The notes beneath the pieces were generated by a model. It did not search any database. It saw nothing but the letters and a program-made list of their open reading frames with translations, and was not told where the DNA came from. The translations under genes and the position numbers were made by a program. Shown here piece after piece: positions 12,701 to 26,612 of a stretch of 64,000 nucleotides of DNA (its first letter is position 1; each line of letters opens with the position of its first letter). The stretch comes from Chrysomallon squamiferum (taxonomy: Eukaryota; Animalia; Mollusca): assembly GCA_012295275.1 (NCBI GenBank), contig CM022672.1, positions 31,248,001 to 31,312,000 of the forward strand. The letters are read 5' to 3'.

Positions 12701-15700
12701 TGCATATTAAGTAATCAAGTATGCGATGTACTACCACTATTTGCAAACAATATTTTATAATAATTTGGTTCAACTATGTACCACTAGTTCTATGCTGTAG
12801 AGAGGTGTACTGAAGTATTTAACTATCATCATTATCTGAAAACATTTTATAATCATTCTAAATATCACAAGTTTTTACATGGAGGTATATACTAACCTAA
12901 CCCAGTAACTGCACTATCACCATCATCTAGAAATGAATTAACAATCATTTTAGTTTATTACAAGCCACTGTTAGATGTTGACCCATCAGGTATGGAACTA
13001 TCACCTGGAAACACTTTGCAGCCATTTTCATTTATTTACATATCACTAAACTGTAATGAAGCTTGCAGAAGTTTTTCAATATCCAGAGTAACTACACCAA
13101 CATGATGGGTCCAATTTTACTTCACCTTTCCATTTACATACAAGTTTATTCTGGGAAGAAATACACATTTTTTTCTTACTTTTTTTTTTTTGATCTTTAA
13201 ATAATGCCTTCTCATAGTGCCAAAAATACTTAGTGAAAAATGTATTGACTGAAAACCTCTTGTTTCTTGAAATTGAATGACAGAAATTCAGGAAATTGTT
13301 ATCTATCAAGCCTCTGAAATACTTGGAAAAGTTTTTTTTTTTTACCTGGTTTAAACTGTACTCTGGCTCCTGTGTCCTGCTGAATTTTCTTTATCATGTC
13401 ACCTCCTTTACCAATAACAAGCCCTACAGCTGGCCGCGGAACAGGAATCTGAAATTCAAATTGAATTTTTTTTTTTTCAATCATTTAGTATTAAACACAT
13501 GTGGCAAAAAAATTAAAACAAGTTACAAGGTCACATTTTAAATTCATTAAAACCCAGGAAACACTGTCTCAGAGTATAATTATATTTTATTACTACCATC
13601 CAAATGATGAAGAGATGACTAAACCTTTTCAGTGCCTTTAATTAATGGAAATACCAATTAGGGGTTATGTATACCAACAAAATAAAATTTTAGTCAGTAA
13701 CACATTAAACACCAGGACCAGTACTCTATACAGAGTAATGTATACCAGTATAAAATATACTATAAATCATAGTTACCTCCATTCCACCACCCCCTCTTGA
13801 TCCTCCAAACTGTCCAAAACCTCCCATTGTCTAAAACAGTAAAATATAAGTATTTTGTATAGTAGAATGGAAGTAATAACAGATAGATACCTAATTTTTA
13901 ATAAAATTTAACTTTTTTTTAAAGCTTTATCAGTAATAAAGATGAGATCAGCAGATGAATGGCTTCTCATTAGTGCCATCAGTTTGCCATTTAATGTAAA
14001 ATGAAATAAAAACAGCAATGGGTTATCTTTTTCACTAAATTAAAAGAAATTAGCAAACAGCTGAGGGAACAGTGAATTACTAATTCCAACAATAAACACC
14101 ATTTTATGTTTAAAACGTTTCCCTATATTAAATTGTAATCTAAAGATAATTCTGTCAATATTGTGGGTCCACAGCAAGATGTCAACTTAAACTAATCACT
14201 CTTTGACATATTACTGTATCATTCCTACCGACATCAAACCGATTATTATTTTTAAATATTCTAATTGCTTACCTCCATGTCTTTCTCAGCCATAAGTTCC
14301 ATGACCATCTCCTTAGCTCTCTGAATTTAAATTAAATTTTTTAAATATAAATTTATTGAAACAAATGCTATCATACCACAACAGTATTATCATTATAATT
14401 TAATAAGACATTATTATTCATAATTATTAGTCAAATACTAAATTTAGGGTTATACCCAATTTGCTTACAGTTTATGGTTATTTATTTGTTATACATTGTA
14501 GAACTTTATACAGCTCTGAATGAAGTAAAGATGATTACCTGGCATTTCATGTGGTCACCTGTAATTCGTAAAGGTTTATCATGTGCTGTCGGTGAATTGC
14601 TATCTTGAATCATAACCATCTTAACATCTGCACGTTCCTTTAAAAGAGAAAATTAAAATAACAAGATTAAACCAAACTGAAATGTGTAAAAAAATATATA
14701 TATTATAAAATCATGCACTACAGATTCTTAGTTTGACAAAAAATATCTTCTTGGATGTGCAACAGGTATGTCACAGAAATAAGCAAACAAACATTTCCTC
14801 TATCAACCTATCAGGTACAAATATATAAATGTAATTCTCTTTAATTCTGATTTAGGATACCATATTTTTTAATTAATTTTGGGAATGAGTACTTTAATTT
14901 CTACCAGTTACATACAAACACTCTGAAATAAATAAACAAACAAACGTGCTTACCTGAAGTTGTCTGATTGTTTCTCCTCCTTTGCCTATAACCAGCCCAA
15001 CCTTTGGACCAGGAACCATGATCTCCACCACAGACTGCCCATCACTGAGGGAAGTGGGGTCCACAGGCATCTGTGTGCTGTTACCTCGGTCAATAATCTG
15101 CTTCATGTGCTGAATGCAAGCACTGCAAAAACAAAACACTGACTGTCAAATGACCACAGAAAGTAACTGGAATCAAGCTAGAAGTTTCATAGATTACAAC
15201 TGACAGTTTACTGCTGTTTAAAAACAAAACTCTTTAGCTAGCTAAGTTTCGTGGGGAAAATTTACTGTTAGAGATTTTTAAGACGGATGAAAAAAATATA
15301 TAATAACTTGAAAAGATTTTAATGTTAAAAAACAACCAAAAGAATAAATGATAAATGATAAATGATAAACTCACTCGATCGCTCCTGGAGTACCAGTCAG
15401 CGTGCATGCACGATTTGGCATACCACAGCTATCTGAAAATCAGAAATTGTTTAAATAACACGATAGTGGTAGACAACATGTAGAAAAGGTGAAATACATT
15501 AAAAATAATTTTTAAAAAAACATTTAAAATTTCAACTTGTAAGTGCTTTTTTGTGTTTTGTCAGTTTTTAAAACATGTGCATCACCGAATCCATGGGGGA
15601 AAAGACAAAACAAATATGACCAGAATTTTTATTTCAGGCAAATTAACCGTTTCAAAAATTACACCAGCTTAGCAGCTAGTGTCCATGAAATTAACACTCT

Positions 15701-17727
15701 TTATCAACAGTTGTTTTAAAATGAATAATTATTATACCAATAATCACGGAAGAATACCAATTAAAAATGTTAAAAAATTAAAAAGAAATCGTTGCAGTTA
15801 TATAAAAAAAAAAATGGGTAAAAACGTATTCTAAAGAATTTAAAAATTAGGTCAAATTTACAAACATTCAAGGCTGTTCCAGGAATGTCAGGGAGATATG
15901 AAAAAAAATTACAGATAAGAAACCAACCTGGTGCAATCTGCACTTTGCAACCTGTCTTCATTTGCAAGCGGGTGATCTGTTCCCCACCTTTGCCAATAAC
16001 TGCAAGGGACAATAAAAATTATTAGCTTTACCCTTTGATTAATGGTCCATTTCCCAAAATATTTGTCTGCCATCACCCAATTTTTTTTTTTTATTTAAAA
16101 AGGTAAAAAAAAAAAAAAAAAAAAAATTGGGAGGCAAAACCTAACCTAGATTGCACCGATAAAATCAAAAAAACTAAAAACTAAAATCTGTATTTTCTCC
16201 AAAAATGTTTAAAAAATGAAAAGGAGAAAAGAAATTTTTTAAAATCAATTTGAATTTTGCCACCATCAGAATATCAAGATGATGCACATGGAAACACCTC
16301 AAGTGTGATTTTTTTATCGTGGATGTATTTGTTTTTTCGCAATGAAAAAGTGAAAGCAAATTCTTTTAGGTTCTTTTTTTACCTAAGCCAACCATTTTGT
16401 CGGGAATTTGAAATTCTTCTGTTGTAATGCCACCTTGGCTTTGCATATTTTGTTTTGGAGCATTCATCATCTGCCCGGGGGATGTGGGCACACCCAACTG
16501 TTGATTGATTTTAGCAGCAGCCTCCAACGCAGCCTGCTGTGCTTGATTTGATCTGGAAACAAACACACAAATCACGTCAAAATGTGTTTTTAACATCAGC
16601 AAAAATTTTGAACTAAAAAAATAAATTTAAAATCAGAAATATGTATCCTTTTTTTAAAAATGTTATTTCTACAAGTGCAGCCAAGTGTTAAATAGATATT
16701 CACTTGAAATTTCCTATTAAAAACAATACAGCCATTAGAAAATGAGTCAGCTTCTGAAGAAGAAAAATTTAAAACTTCTAAAAAAAAAAAATACTGATGT
16801 AGATTAACTCACCTTTGTTGATCTGACATCGTTCTAAGTTGTGGACTCAGAGCTGAAAATAACAAAAAATAAAAATAAAAAATAAACTTCAGAATTTCTT
16901 TTTTAAAAAGCAATTCAAGATCAAAACCTAAATTTACCCTATATCATCCTGACAATTTACAATTAAAATACCCATTTCTTTCATTGTTACCAATTTCAGC
17001 CTTAACCCAATGTCCTTTTTGATGGGCAATTTTGGTTCATGAACAGCCGCTGTTGAAAAATCTGAAACTGGACAAAAATTGCGTTAATGGCATGTATGTT
17101 TAAATACGTCAGTGTTGACAGAAAACACTCAAGTAAAGTAGCCATACATGAAAAACAATTTCTGACCAAGTATCTAAGCGCAACACTGTACAACAGTTTC
17201 CTAATAATAAAGTATGAGCCCATGTAACACTGGTTTAAAAACAGATGATACCCGAAACCAATCATTATGTTATTGTTGCTGTTACTGGCATTCATTTCAC
17301 GTAGTGTGTACTTCAAACTTATCACTCACGATCATTTACTGAAGTTGCTGGCTTCTTGGCTTCTGGTTCCCCTGCAAAGATACAGAATACAGAAAACATG
17401 TTAGGGCAATCTTTCCTCAACCATCCTTGTCTTTGGAGGCTTTACTTGTTGTTCTTTGTTTTATTTTGTCATTTAAAAGTTACTTTATTTGAAAACCCAT
17501 CGAACTTGAATTGTTACGTATTTAATTATCATATTATTTTTTTTTATAATGTCCTAAATCTAGTTTTATGGAAATAAAGTGTTTTGAAAGTTTAATTTTA
17601 AAACCATATTTAGTTTGTCTTAATACCTTTTGAGTTTAACAATTTAATATAACAGAAAGATTGTCCCATCACATACAAAGTAATTTAGTGTACAGTGTTG
17701 TGCTCAAACAATGGTCAGAAATGGTAC

Positions 17728-17758
<31 letters not shown>

Positions 17759-20700
17759 TGAACCAATACAATTGTCAAATAAGCACGCATAATAAAGCTG
17801 CAAATAAAATATTTTTTTGGTTAAAAAAAAAAAAATGGAGATGCAAGCCATCCATCATGGGAAAAATCCTCTTCTACCTACTGTGATGACAACTCAAAAT
17901 TTAACCCCTTCGTCATACCAGTGCAAACAACGGCTATAATTACAGAAGAATTGTACAATGAGGTGTTTGGCGAAAAAAATAATGAAAGAATCGAGACACT
18001 AGCAAGGTTGAAATGCGCAGGGTCCACCAAATACATAAGCACACGTTCAGCTGGGACCCAAGATTTGAAATTCTGTGTCACAGGTATCACACAATCTGTT
18101 CAGAAAAGAAATATCAGCTGTAATATGGTTGAAATGCATGAACAAGCCAAAAAACATACATTCAATTATATCCACAGATTAAAAAAAAAATATATATAAA
18201 AAAAAAAAAATATATATACATATATATGTATAAATAAATACATATATAAATTCAATTGTCAAAAATGAGAGTAAACAATCATCTTTAATAATCATTTGTA
18301 ATATATATAAAAAATAAATACTCAAATGCATAAAATTGTTTGGTTAAAAATGCCAACAATTCTACACAAAACATTGTAGTCCCAGCATAAAAATGGTCAC
18401 CGTATTCTTTTTAATACATTTTATCCCATATCTATAAACAGACAGGAAGAGAGAATTGTAGAATGGAGGAAAGTTTGAACTGATGGAATAAAAAACAAGT
18501 TTTAGCTAAGTACAAAAAGAAAGTCAATATACATTTCTGAACCAATAATTCTATCAGCAAAACGTCTATTAGTGTAACGAACATGAGTACCTATCAATAT
18601 GAAATAAGAATACTAGCATATTTATAATATTGATTCAAAAGTTAAAAAATATCATCAGTGTAAGTTTTTCATACATTTAAAATATAAATTCATAATCTAT
18701 ATACTAAATGTGACTTTCTTAAGTCTGAAATCTGAAATATTAAAATATTAAATATACAATTTAATTACCCCAAATATACATCTTGTAATATAAATTTAAT
18801 GAATACATAGTCAAAATATCAAAATTCAGACTGAAAAGGAAACAGACATTAATCTAGTCAATGGAAAGAAATACAATTTGTTTATCAGCAAAATGACTTG
18901 TATTTTAATGACTGGTAAACAGACTTATATTAATAACTGGAGGTCATTTAAAAATTGTTTTACCACAGTTAAATACATCCCCTCCCACACAAAAATACAA
19001 AATATATGTTAAAAATAGAGAAGAAAATGTAATATATAAATGAACAGAAAGTGAGTGTCCTTAAACAGAACAAGTCCAAGTTAATTTAAGAATGGTTGAA
19101 TACAATTTTTTTTAAATTTCAAAATGTTCATTGTCGCATGTTCTAGATCAAGGATTTATTTTCAACTCTTTGGACTCCATGTGTTTTCAAATGAGAAGGT
19201 GTGAGTATATGGGGTAAGGATGGGTGTGATTTGTTGTACATACAATGACCTAGTTTGACTTTGGAATCTCAAATGGTTTGTTTCAAATATCTGCCCCAAA
19301 ACATTTCTCCAAACAACAGGTCTGAAGTATAAAATTTTAATTTCTTTATCTCAGCCATAGCAACTGTTCTTCCAATTCAATGCCTTGTTTCTCACTGATA
19401 TCAAACCACAGCATCAACCTCTTACTTTGAAATGACCATCAATTGTGTTTGATGGTTTCTGCTGATCTTGTGAAATGCAGGATTATGGTGCCTTAAACTG
19501 AATTTGTATGCCCAATTTCAATACTACAATTGCAATTAAATAAGAATCCAGAAGGAATTATTTAAGACGGTCTAATACCTTCAGTGTTGAATGTGGGTAG
19601 TTATTGTTGACCCTCAGTCATTATCTTTATCTACTGATCACAAGTCTTTGGTTGGCTTTTTTAAAATTAGTTGACATCTTTGCACTTACAGTTGTATGTA
19701 ATCTTATAAAAAGAGTTAGGTCAGGCACTGCATGATGTTCATGGGTTTTCAATTTAAAATTGAAAAGAAAAACAAAATGACCCGAGTCCAAAGGGTTAAA
19801 TCAATTGTTAGCATGCAAGCTGGAACTTTTTAAACAAGTTCAATGTTATATCTGCTGGCAGGAACCCCCTACAACATTAACAAAAAGCAGTCTAGAGAAT
19901 GCACAAACTAGAAAAGCACATTTCTGAAGGACTGGTGATTAATGTGAAAGTATGAGAATTATTACAGGGTTCTGGAGAGCGAAAAACAATTAACATGCTA
20001 CTAAACAGTGATGGAGACAGGCATGTAAAAGGATTTTAATTTTTAATTTTTTTTTAATTTTTTAAAGAAAAAGAAGAAGGAAAGAATCAAGGAAATGGTT
20101 CAGATATGACATTCCAGCCCCATTATTTTCTGAATACACACCAAATCCTGGCTGATCTTCAAATGGTCGTTTCACTCCTACTGGCGCTCCAGCATCACCT
20201 GATCCGGGTTGGTTGATCTTTGCGGCTATCTGGCAGAAGAGAATAAATAAGTAAATTAGAATGTTATAAAAAAATTAAGAGCACCGATTAAAATATGACA
20301 AATATTCAATTTGGAAAATTACTGAATCTGAATCAAATTGTGAGCTAAATCTCACTATTTTGTAAAGGAACTGGCTCAGAGGAAGGTATTTTCTACATCT
20401 TTCATTGTTAAGTATTCAGTAGGAGAGAAATAACCTTTTTGCAGAGTACTGGACAAAAATCCTCACCAAATGCCGATATATTATCTTATTTTCTAACCTA
20501 AGTATGCAAATTACATTCCTGTTTAAACGTGAGATATAACTGTTTGTTATAAATTAAGAAATGAATGTACAGTTGCTTTGTGTTCTGTTGAATGATACTG
20601 ACCTGACTGGTTTCATCATGCACTTTTTAGGAAGTGCTAGGCATTATTTATATATTTAAACTATATTTTGTTTTCTCTTTAACATCCATCTTGGTTTACT

Positions 20701-21307
20701 TACTTTTGTTACAATTGAGGTTTCGAGCCGTCTTGTTAAATATTTCTTTCTTTCTTTTTCATTAATGTATCAAAAATGATACTATATTTATCAATGTTGG
20801 CCTCTTATGGAACAACAAGAGTAACGAGAAATTATGTCTTAATTGTATAAAATAAATATTTTTGACTTCATCGGCTAAGATATATTTGTTAATGCAAACT
20901 AAAATAAGATTGCTTCAGCTCAAAACTAAGGAATCCACCGGCGACATTTTCACGATTTCAGTTTTTTCTTCTTCTTTTCAAAATTTAATATTTCTTTCTC
21001 GAATTAAACCTGCTTTCGATTTCAACGGTATTCTATTTCGCTGACTATGTGTATTCGGTTACAGACTGCATAAACTAAAATGATATAAAGAATGCGATAA
21101 AAATGAAAATTAAATTGATCCCCAACTTCCTTTTCTGCGAAATAACCACGAGGTCGCCAGTACAAAAGGGTTTTCTTACATTAAAACCTTTTAGTGCATA
21201 AAACGCCTGCGCGCTGTTTTCTTAATATATACCTGTCTTGCTCTTGCAACTGCATCAGCGAAAGCAGACTGTGCATCGTATGATCCTGAACCACCCGTCT
21301 GATCCAT
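6514..21307 (-). CDS. FUBP: Far upstream element-binding protein (FUBP1/KHSRP/FUBP3 family; Drosophila Psi-like), four KH domains plus Tyr-rich C-terminal motifs, 19 coding exons, 682 aa
   Basis: Exons, all GT-AG and phase-consistent, total 2049 nt: 21233-21307 ([25 protein letters not shown]), 20142-20229 (IAAKINQ...KRPFED), 17330-17371, 16813-16852, 16383-16552, 15928-15999 ([13 protein letters not shown]), 15375-15432, 14954-15122 ([16 protein letters not shown]), 14539-14637, 14273-14320, 13777-13830, 13346-13448 ([16 protein letters not shown]), 12316-12416, 11567-11762 (RGG-rich, CGLVIGK), 10730-10896 (GGETIREIN), 10200-10339 (GP-rich), 9822-9904, 9041-9247 (AWQAYYAQY), 6514-6650 ([19 protein letters not shown]). 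The AFADAxxRARQIAAKI helix, four GKGG KH loops and [10 protein letters not shown] motif are FUBP-family hallmarks. Confidence 0.96.
6813..6956 (-). ncRNA. Intronic H/ACA-box snoRNA candidate, copy A
   Basis: GCACAG-CATTAGAA-CCCATGA...TCACTGGG-CGTCGAT-TTGTGC; H box AAATTA; CAAGG-ATTCGCTA...GATGGTAGA-CCTTG; ACA-TGA end. Confidence 0.8.
7490..7633 (-). ncRNA. Intronic H/ACA-box snoRNA candidate, copy B
   Basis: Near-identical to 6813-6956; H box AAATTA, ACA-TGA end, two hairpins. Confidence 0.8.
8128..8275 (-). ncRNA. Intronic H/ACA-box snoRNA candidate, copy C (diverged second hairpin)
   Basis: Hairpin 1 TAGCACAA-CTTTAGAA-CCTGTGAT...ATCATAGG-TGTTGAC-TTGTGCT; H box ATATCA; hairpin 2 closed by CAAGGA...TCCTTG; ACA-TAC end. 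Hairpin 1 is homologous to copies A and B. Confidence 0.65.
8636..8765 (-). ncRNA. Intronic H/ACA-box snoRNA candidate, copy D
   Basis: Paralogue of 11891-12020: same GAGAA / GGT pocket strands in hairpin 1, H box ACATTA, hairpin 2 with ATTCGCTA and GATGGTAGAC, ACA-AGC end. Confidence 0.8.
11026..11230. repeat. Minisatellite, 25-27 bp unit (TGTTACACAGAAATAACAGAAGTATAC), about 7-8 copies, in a FUBP intron
   Basis: Direct tandem copies visible in the sequence. Confidence 0.9.
11891..12020 (-). ncRNA. Intronic H/ACA-box snoRNA candidate, copy E
   Basis: Minus strand: hairpin 1 GCAATTAT-GAGAA-TCTGTGGCTT...GAAGTCACAGA-GGTTA-ATAATTGC; H box ATATTA; hairpin 2 CAAG-ATTAGC...GATGGTAGAC-CTTG; ACA plus 3 nt. 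Sense to the FUBP host, 130 nt. Confidence 0.85.
12400..13015. repeat. Decayed tandem repeat (about 85-90 bp period) derived from the acceptor/start of FUBP exon 12316-12416
   Basis: Recurrent cact(a/g)tcaccatcatct(g/a)-like motif at about 12402, 12645, 12822, 12912 and 12997. Confidence 0.55.
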
Positions 21308-21322
21308 TGTAAAAATACAGCT

Positions 21323-21337
21323 AAAATGGCGGAAGGA
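21323..21337 (-). promoter_or_regulatory. Pyrimidine-rich putative TSS with YY1-like motif (TCCTTCCGCCATTTT) upstream of the FUBP ATG
   Basis: Plus-strand aaaatggcggaagga reads CCGCCATTTT (YY1 consensus) on the minus strand, about 16-30 nt upstream of the ATG; CCAAT (plus attgg) at about 21370. Confidence 0.45.
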
Positions 21338-21500
21338 CAACGCAATGCTTGTTCCCAAACCGATATTTCATTGGATAAAATAACTCTTACGCCGTCTGGC
21401 GGTAGAAAATTTCACCACGTGGTTTTCACCTCCTCCTTCAAAATGGGAATGAATTACCTTACAATCTGGTTTTCGACGATACATTAATTTTTAAATTTGT

Positions 21501-21580
<80 letters not shown>

Positions 21581-22738
21581 TTATTTTGTTAATAATAGTA
21601 AATGCATTATCATCGTTACTTTTTGTTTTCGTTTTATTTATTTATTTACAAAAAAAAAAAAAAAAAAAAGAAAGAAAGAAAGAAAAAGAAAAAAGACAAA
21701 TAATTAAAAATAAATAATTCTGTTCGCAATTGTCACTGAACGATAAAACCTCTAAGCCACTCTCTTAAATTAAACTAGCGTGCATTGTAATTATAAAAAA
21801 CAGGACGCCTGTGACGGTCACGCTCTCTGACAAAGCCGGGGGCGCTTCTGTCGCAGTGCACATCTAATTAAAATTATTATATACCTACATTTATTGTGCC
21901 AAAGCCTTATAACCTCACGCTTCAGTGATTTATTTCTTCTCGTTTTCTTTCAGATCATGCAAAGCGTTGAGTTGGGCGGGTGGGGGGTGGCTTTTGATTA
22001 CGTATCAGATTTTAACCGAATTAAGCAACATCCGGAAGTATGTTTTTAAAAGAAAAATGTTTATTGAAAATACGTTCTTATTATCTAAGTTTTTAATTTG
22101 GTTTTAATAATATCTTAAATAAATTAATAACAAAAAATAAAAAAAAAAACAAAAAATAAAAAAAACAAACAAAAGAAATCAAGTGTGAGAATGAAAGAAA
22201 AGAGGTTTGATAGCCGGGGGTGGGTATAATAATAAATTAAAAAACAAAATACAACGAAGAAATCTACAATGGTGCTCGCTCATTTGTTTAGAGAGTGGGT
22301 GGGTGGGGGGGGGTGCTATTGCCAAAGGAAGCAAACATATTTATTTGTTTGCTCATTTATTAGAAACTAATAAAAGGGAAACATACCAGTGATGATAATA
22401 ATATTAATATCAATAATAATAACAACAATAACACTGATGACGATGGTGATATTTACAATAATAATAAAAATAAGAAGAAGAAGAAGAAGAAGAGCAACAA
22501 AACCGCCAGCAACGACGACAACAACAACAACAACAATAATAATAATCATGAAAATCTCAGAGACTGAGATAAAATTCTTTTTCTCACTCAACATCGTTTA
22601 AAGCCCCAGAATGTGAATTCATTCAAGTACGAATGGTAGCCATTACTTATCAAATATAAACATTTAAAATCGTCTATGTCGCTATTTATTAATACTTTCT
22701 TTATCTCTCTTTTTATTACTTTATTTATCTTCTTGTAT

Positions 22739-22772
<34 letters not shown>

Positions 22773-23208
22773 ACTTTCGTTTTTTTTCTAACAAACCGTT
22801 AGCGATTTCATATTTTATTGTTTTATTTGATTATTTGGAAAGTTTAGTTAATTTAATATGAAGAAACTGAAAAGTTTATTTGTTGCGACCAGCAAAAACT
22901 ATAAATATGCAGAAAATTTGAAAATCAAAATAAAATCCTGTATTCATAAAATCTACGAAGAAAGAGCAAAATTAAATTGCCTATAAAGATAGATACAAAA
23001 ATATTAAAAATAAATAAAACGTATTCGATGTATTCGTAAAATATGATGTTAATAGAATAATTTAAACAACAACAACAACAAAACAAAAAAGAAAAAACAC
23101 CAAAATGCAGAAACAAACAAACAAAAATAAACAAAAGAAGTATAGAATAGAACCGAAAAAAACAAAAAAACCCAACAAAACAAAACAAAAAATAATAATA
23201 ATATAACA

Positions 23209-23270
<62 letters not shown>

Positions 23271-23438
23271 AATAAATAAATAAAGCGAAAAATTATAAAC
23301 TACATTAATATTCAAATAGCTAATATCTTGTAGTAATAATTATTACGAAAGGCGATACTGCGTGCTTCTTTTCTTTCATCCGTTTCCTTCTTTTTTTTTT
23401 GTCGTTTCTCTAAAAGCGTCAACAAATTCAGTTTCGAG

Positions 23439-23985
23439 ATGCGGGTTAAAAAAATCTCTCTAGGACGTTGTTAATGGAAACGGATCTAGCTCATTTAAGA
23501 ATTTTCACTGACCCATTGTCATGTTACTTTAATAACAAAGCCGAAAATTAATAAGAGAGCGGTTTGCTAGAACAAATATGATTGGTCCCAACAATTAATT
23601 AGACGTGTTTTCATTGGCTATTTCTTACTGTAAGGATATTTTCCAGATTTTGTTTTATGTAGTGTTAAACTTAGTATCGATAAAGAACCTGATCAAGAAA
23701 TAGATTTTTGTTTTTTTCTTGTGACAGAGTTCAATTTTTTATTTCTTTAAGATGGATTTTATTGAAAGTGTTTTGAAATTTAGTTTATATGGACACGTGG
23801 ATTCAACATTGTTTACCACAGATATTAGAAAAGGTTAGTTACAAATTCTTTCTTTTTAATTAAAATTAAAAGTTATATATATATATAACTCTGTATATTC
23901 GATGATTGCACTAGAATAAATTGAAACAATAAAATCTAATAAATAAATAAATAAACAAAATCAAATTAATTATTTATTTAATTAA

Positions 23986-24031
<46 letters not shown>

Positions 24032-24491
24032 AGAATAATAATTAAAAACATACAAATTCTGTTTTATACAAAAAAAGTTTATTAATAAAGTCAGTTTTCA
24101 CATATACACACACACAAAATATCTCTGTCGGTTTATATGTTGAAAACAGCAGCTTCAATTAGAAATATTCTTACTTTATATACGGTTACCTTAAACAGAT
24201 ACAGTTTTACTCCAGCATTATTTAGCGGCTAATACCAAAGAAAATTTATATATCGAAATAAGTGAATAAATCAAGTACATTCGAAAAACATTCATGTAAA
24301 ATTTCAAAGTTCTGTTTTAATTACTTTTTTGTAGATTTTTTTCGATCAGTTTTAAATTGTGTTTTTCTTTAAAATAAAACAGCTAAGGGGAGTTTATTTT
24401 GCAAGATCTGAAATACTGTAAGTTTACGAAATGTTAATATAATCTTGTGAAATATTTCACCAATTCTGTATATTTAAAATATAAACTGAAA

Positions 24492-24541
<50 letters not shown>

Positions 24542-25293
24542 TAACATGTAATGCAAAATAATTGTTCCTTAAATATGCTATAATACAACAACAACAACAA
24601 CAACAACAGCAATAGAAACAATAACAATTCAACAACAACAACAACGACGACAACAACAACAACAAAAACAACAACAATAATAATATATTAAAGTCATCAT
24701 CTAGTTATTATCATTACTAATAGTATGGATAAGCATACTAAACGTTTAAAGAAAAAAAAAAAAAAAATAAAATAAAGAAAACTAAACAGATTCGGTTAAC
24801 ATTTAGAAAACTCTTCCGATTTATTCATTTTCAAGATGTCTTTATTTTGTGTCGACCCGATTCCGTGTTTAATTAGAATGAATATTCGATGCGTTTCATT
24901 CATTTGCCACCAACAAAGTAAAAATAAAAAAATAAAAAAAATCACTGCAGTCAACGAGATGCGGGTAAAACTCCGGTTTTATGGTGCCGTGCACGAGACA
25001 TTACGCGCGAACAAATCCGCCACCATTTCGCGGGGGGGTTAACCCCCCACCAAAAAACCAACCCAACGTCACACAACAAAATGAAGCTTTATCGTAAATG
25101 CATTCATGAGGAAATGTATTCGGTCCCAAGAAAACTCTTCAGTTTCTCATTTATCAGATAATTAGCAGTTACTTTCACGTTCTGACATTCATCACACGCG
25201 AGAATATGCGAGAATATGCGGGTATCGTTTTTCCCACCGCCCAGTGGCGCCCCCTTTCTCCGTTCTACAAAGAGAAAGCGGAAGTATGCGGGT
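23439..25293 (+). promoter_or_regulatory. Cluster of four perfect GCM-type sites (ATGCGGGT) around PRDM12 exon 1, plus two inverted CCAAT boxes (about 23581 and 23613)
   Basis: ATGCGGGT at 23439, 24959, 25216 and 25286, all in the same orientation. Confidence 0.55.
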
Positions 25294-26565
25294 ACACTTG
25301 TGGGTAACTCAATCCGTTATGGCCATTTGTTGTTAGATTTCAGTAACATATGTTGTTTTTATCTCAATAACTACGTCATTTCCGACTCAGAAAAAAAGAA
25401 TCTAATTACATTTTGAACGTTAAATATTATTCCTCTTCATCAAATTTTCTTTTAATTAATTTAATTAATTACATATTTTTTCATTGTTGTTGTTGTTGTT
25501 GTTGTTGTTGGTGGTGGTATTGCTATTATTATCATCATCATCATCAGAATGATTATTATCATCATCTTATTTTTATTATTATAACTTTTCTTGTGTTATC
25601 TTAACTAATTAATATATTTTTCCGATTTATTTTTCTACCTTTTACGCTTTCAAACATTTTTTAAACCTGCTTTTCCTGTGCTTAAAACATAGCTTTGACA
25701 TTTTGTTTTTACATTTTTCTCGTTTTTCATTGCATTTTATCAATTGTTAAATAGTTATGTTGAAACCGAGAAATGGCACAGTGTTATTTTTACTCTGATC
25801 CTTGATTTCATGAATTTAACCTCGGTTTTCCGAATTTCGAGAAACTGAGACACAATCTGATAAAAAAATAACAATATTTATTCTTTCCATAAAGATAAAT
25901 TATACAACTATACCCGTAACTCCAAACCTAACATAACGTTATCTGAACTAACCGACATTTTTCTACTGTAAATTTTTTCGTTACATGTTTTTCTTGACAT
26001 TTGTTTACATTTCTCTTTATTGTTCTTACATTAGTATTTTGTATTATAACAGTGTTATGCACTAAAGTTTAATGTTTCATGTTCTGTCCCATTGTTCCGT
26101 GAAATCGAGGGTCAAGATTATCATCATCATCATCATCATCATTATTATTGTTATTATTATCATCATCATCACCATTATTATTATTATTATTATTATTATT
26201 ATCACCATTATTATCATTATTATTATTATTATTATTGTTATTATCATCATCATCATCATTATTATTATCATCTTCATCATCATCATCATTATCATTATTA
26301 TTATTATTGTATTATCATTATCATATCATTATTATTATCATTATCATCATTATCATCATCATCATCATCATTATTAAAAGCGACACTCCATTTTTTTTTT
26401 AAATCGTCATAATCAATATCGTTATCATTATCACCAGCAACATGATGATTATAATCATCATCATCATTATTATATAAATTTCTTTCATAAATAATATTGC
26501 TGTGATAGTTATAGGAACCTGCCCACTTAAGCTGTAATAACTGGTAAATACATAAGATATAATGA

Positions 26566-26612
<47 letters not shown>

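Noticed and set aside
14159-14232. Single hairpin followed by ACA on the FUBP sense strand
   Set aside because: No convincing 5' hairpin or H box, and no similarity to the five-copy family.
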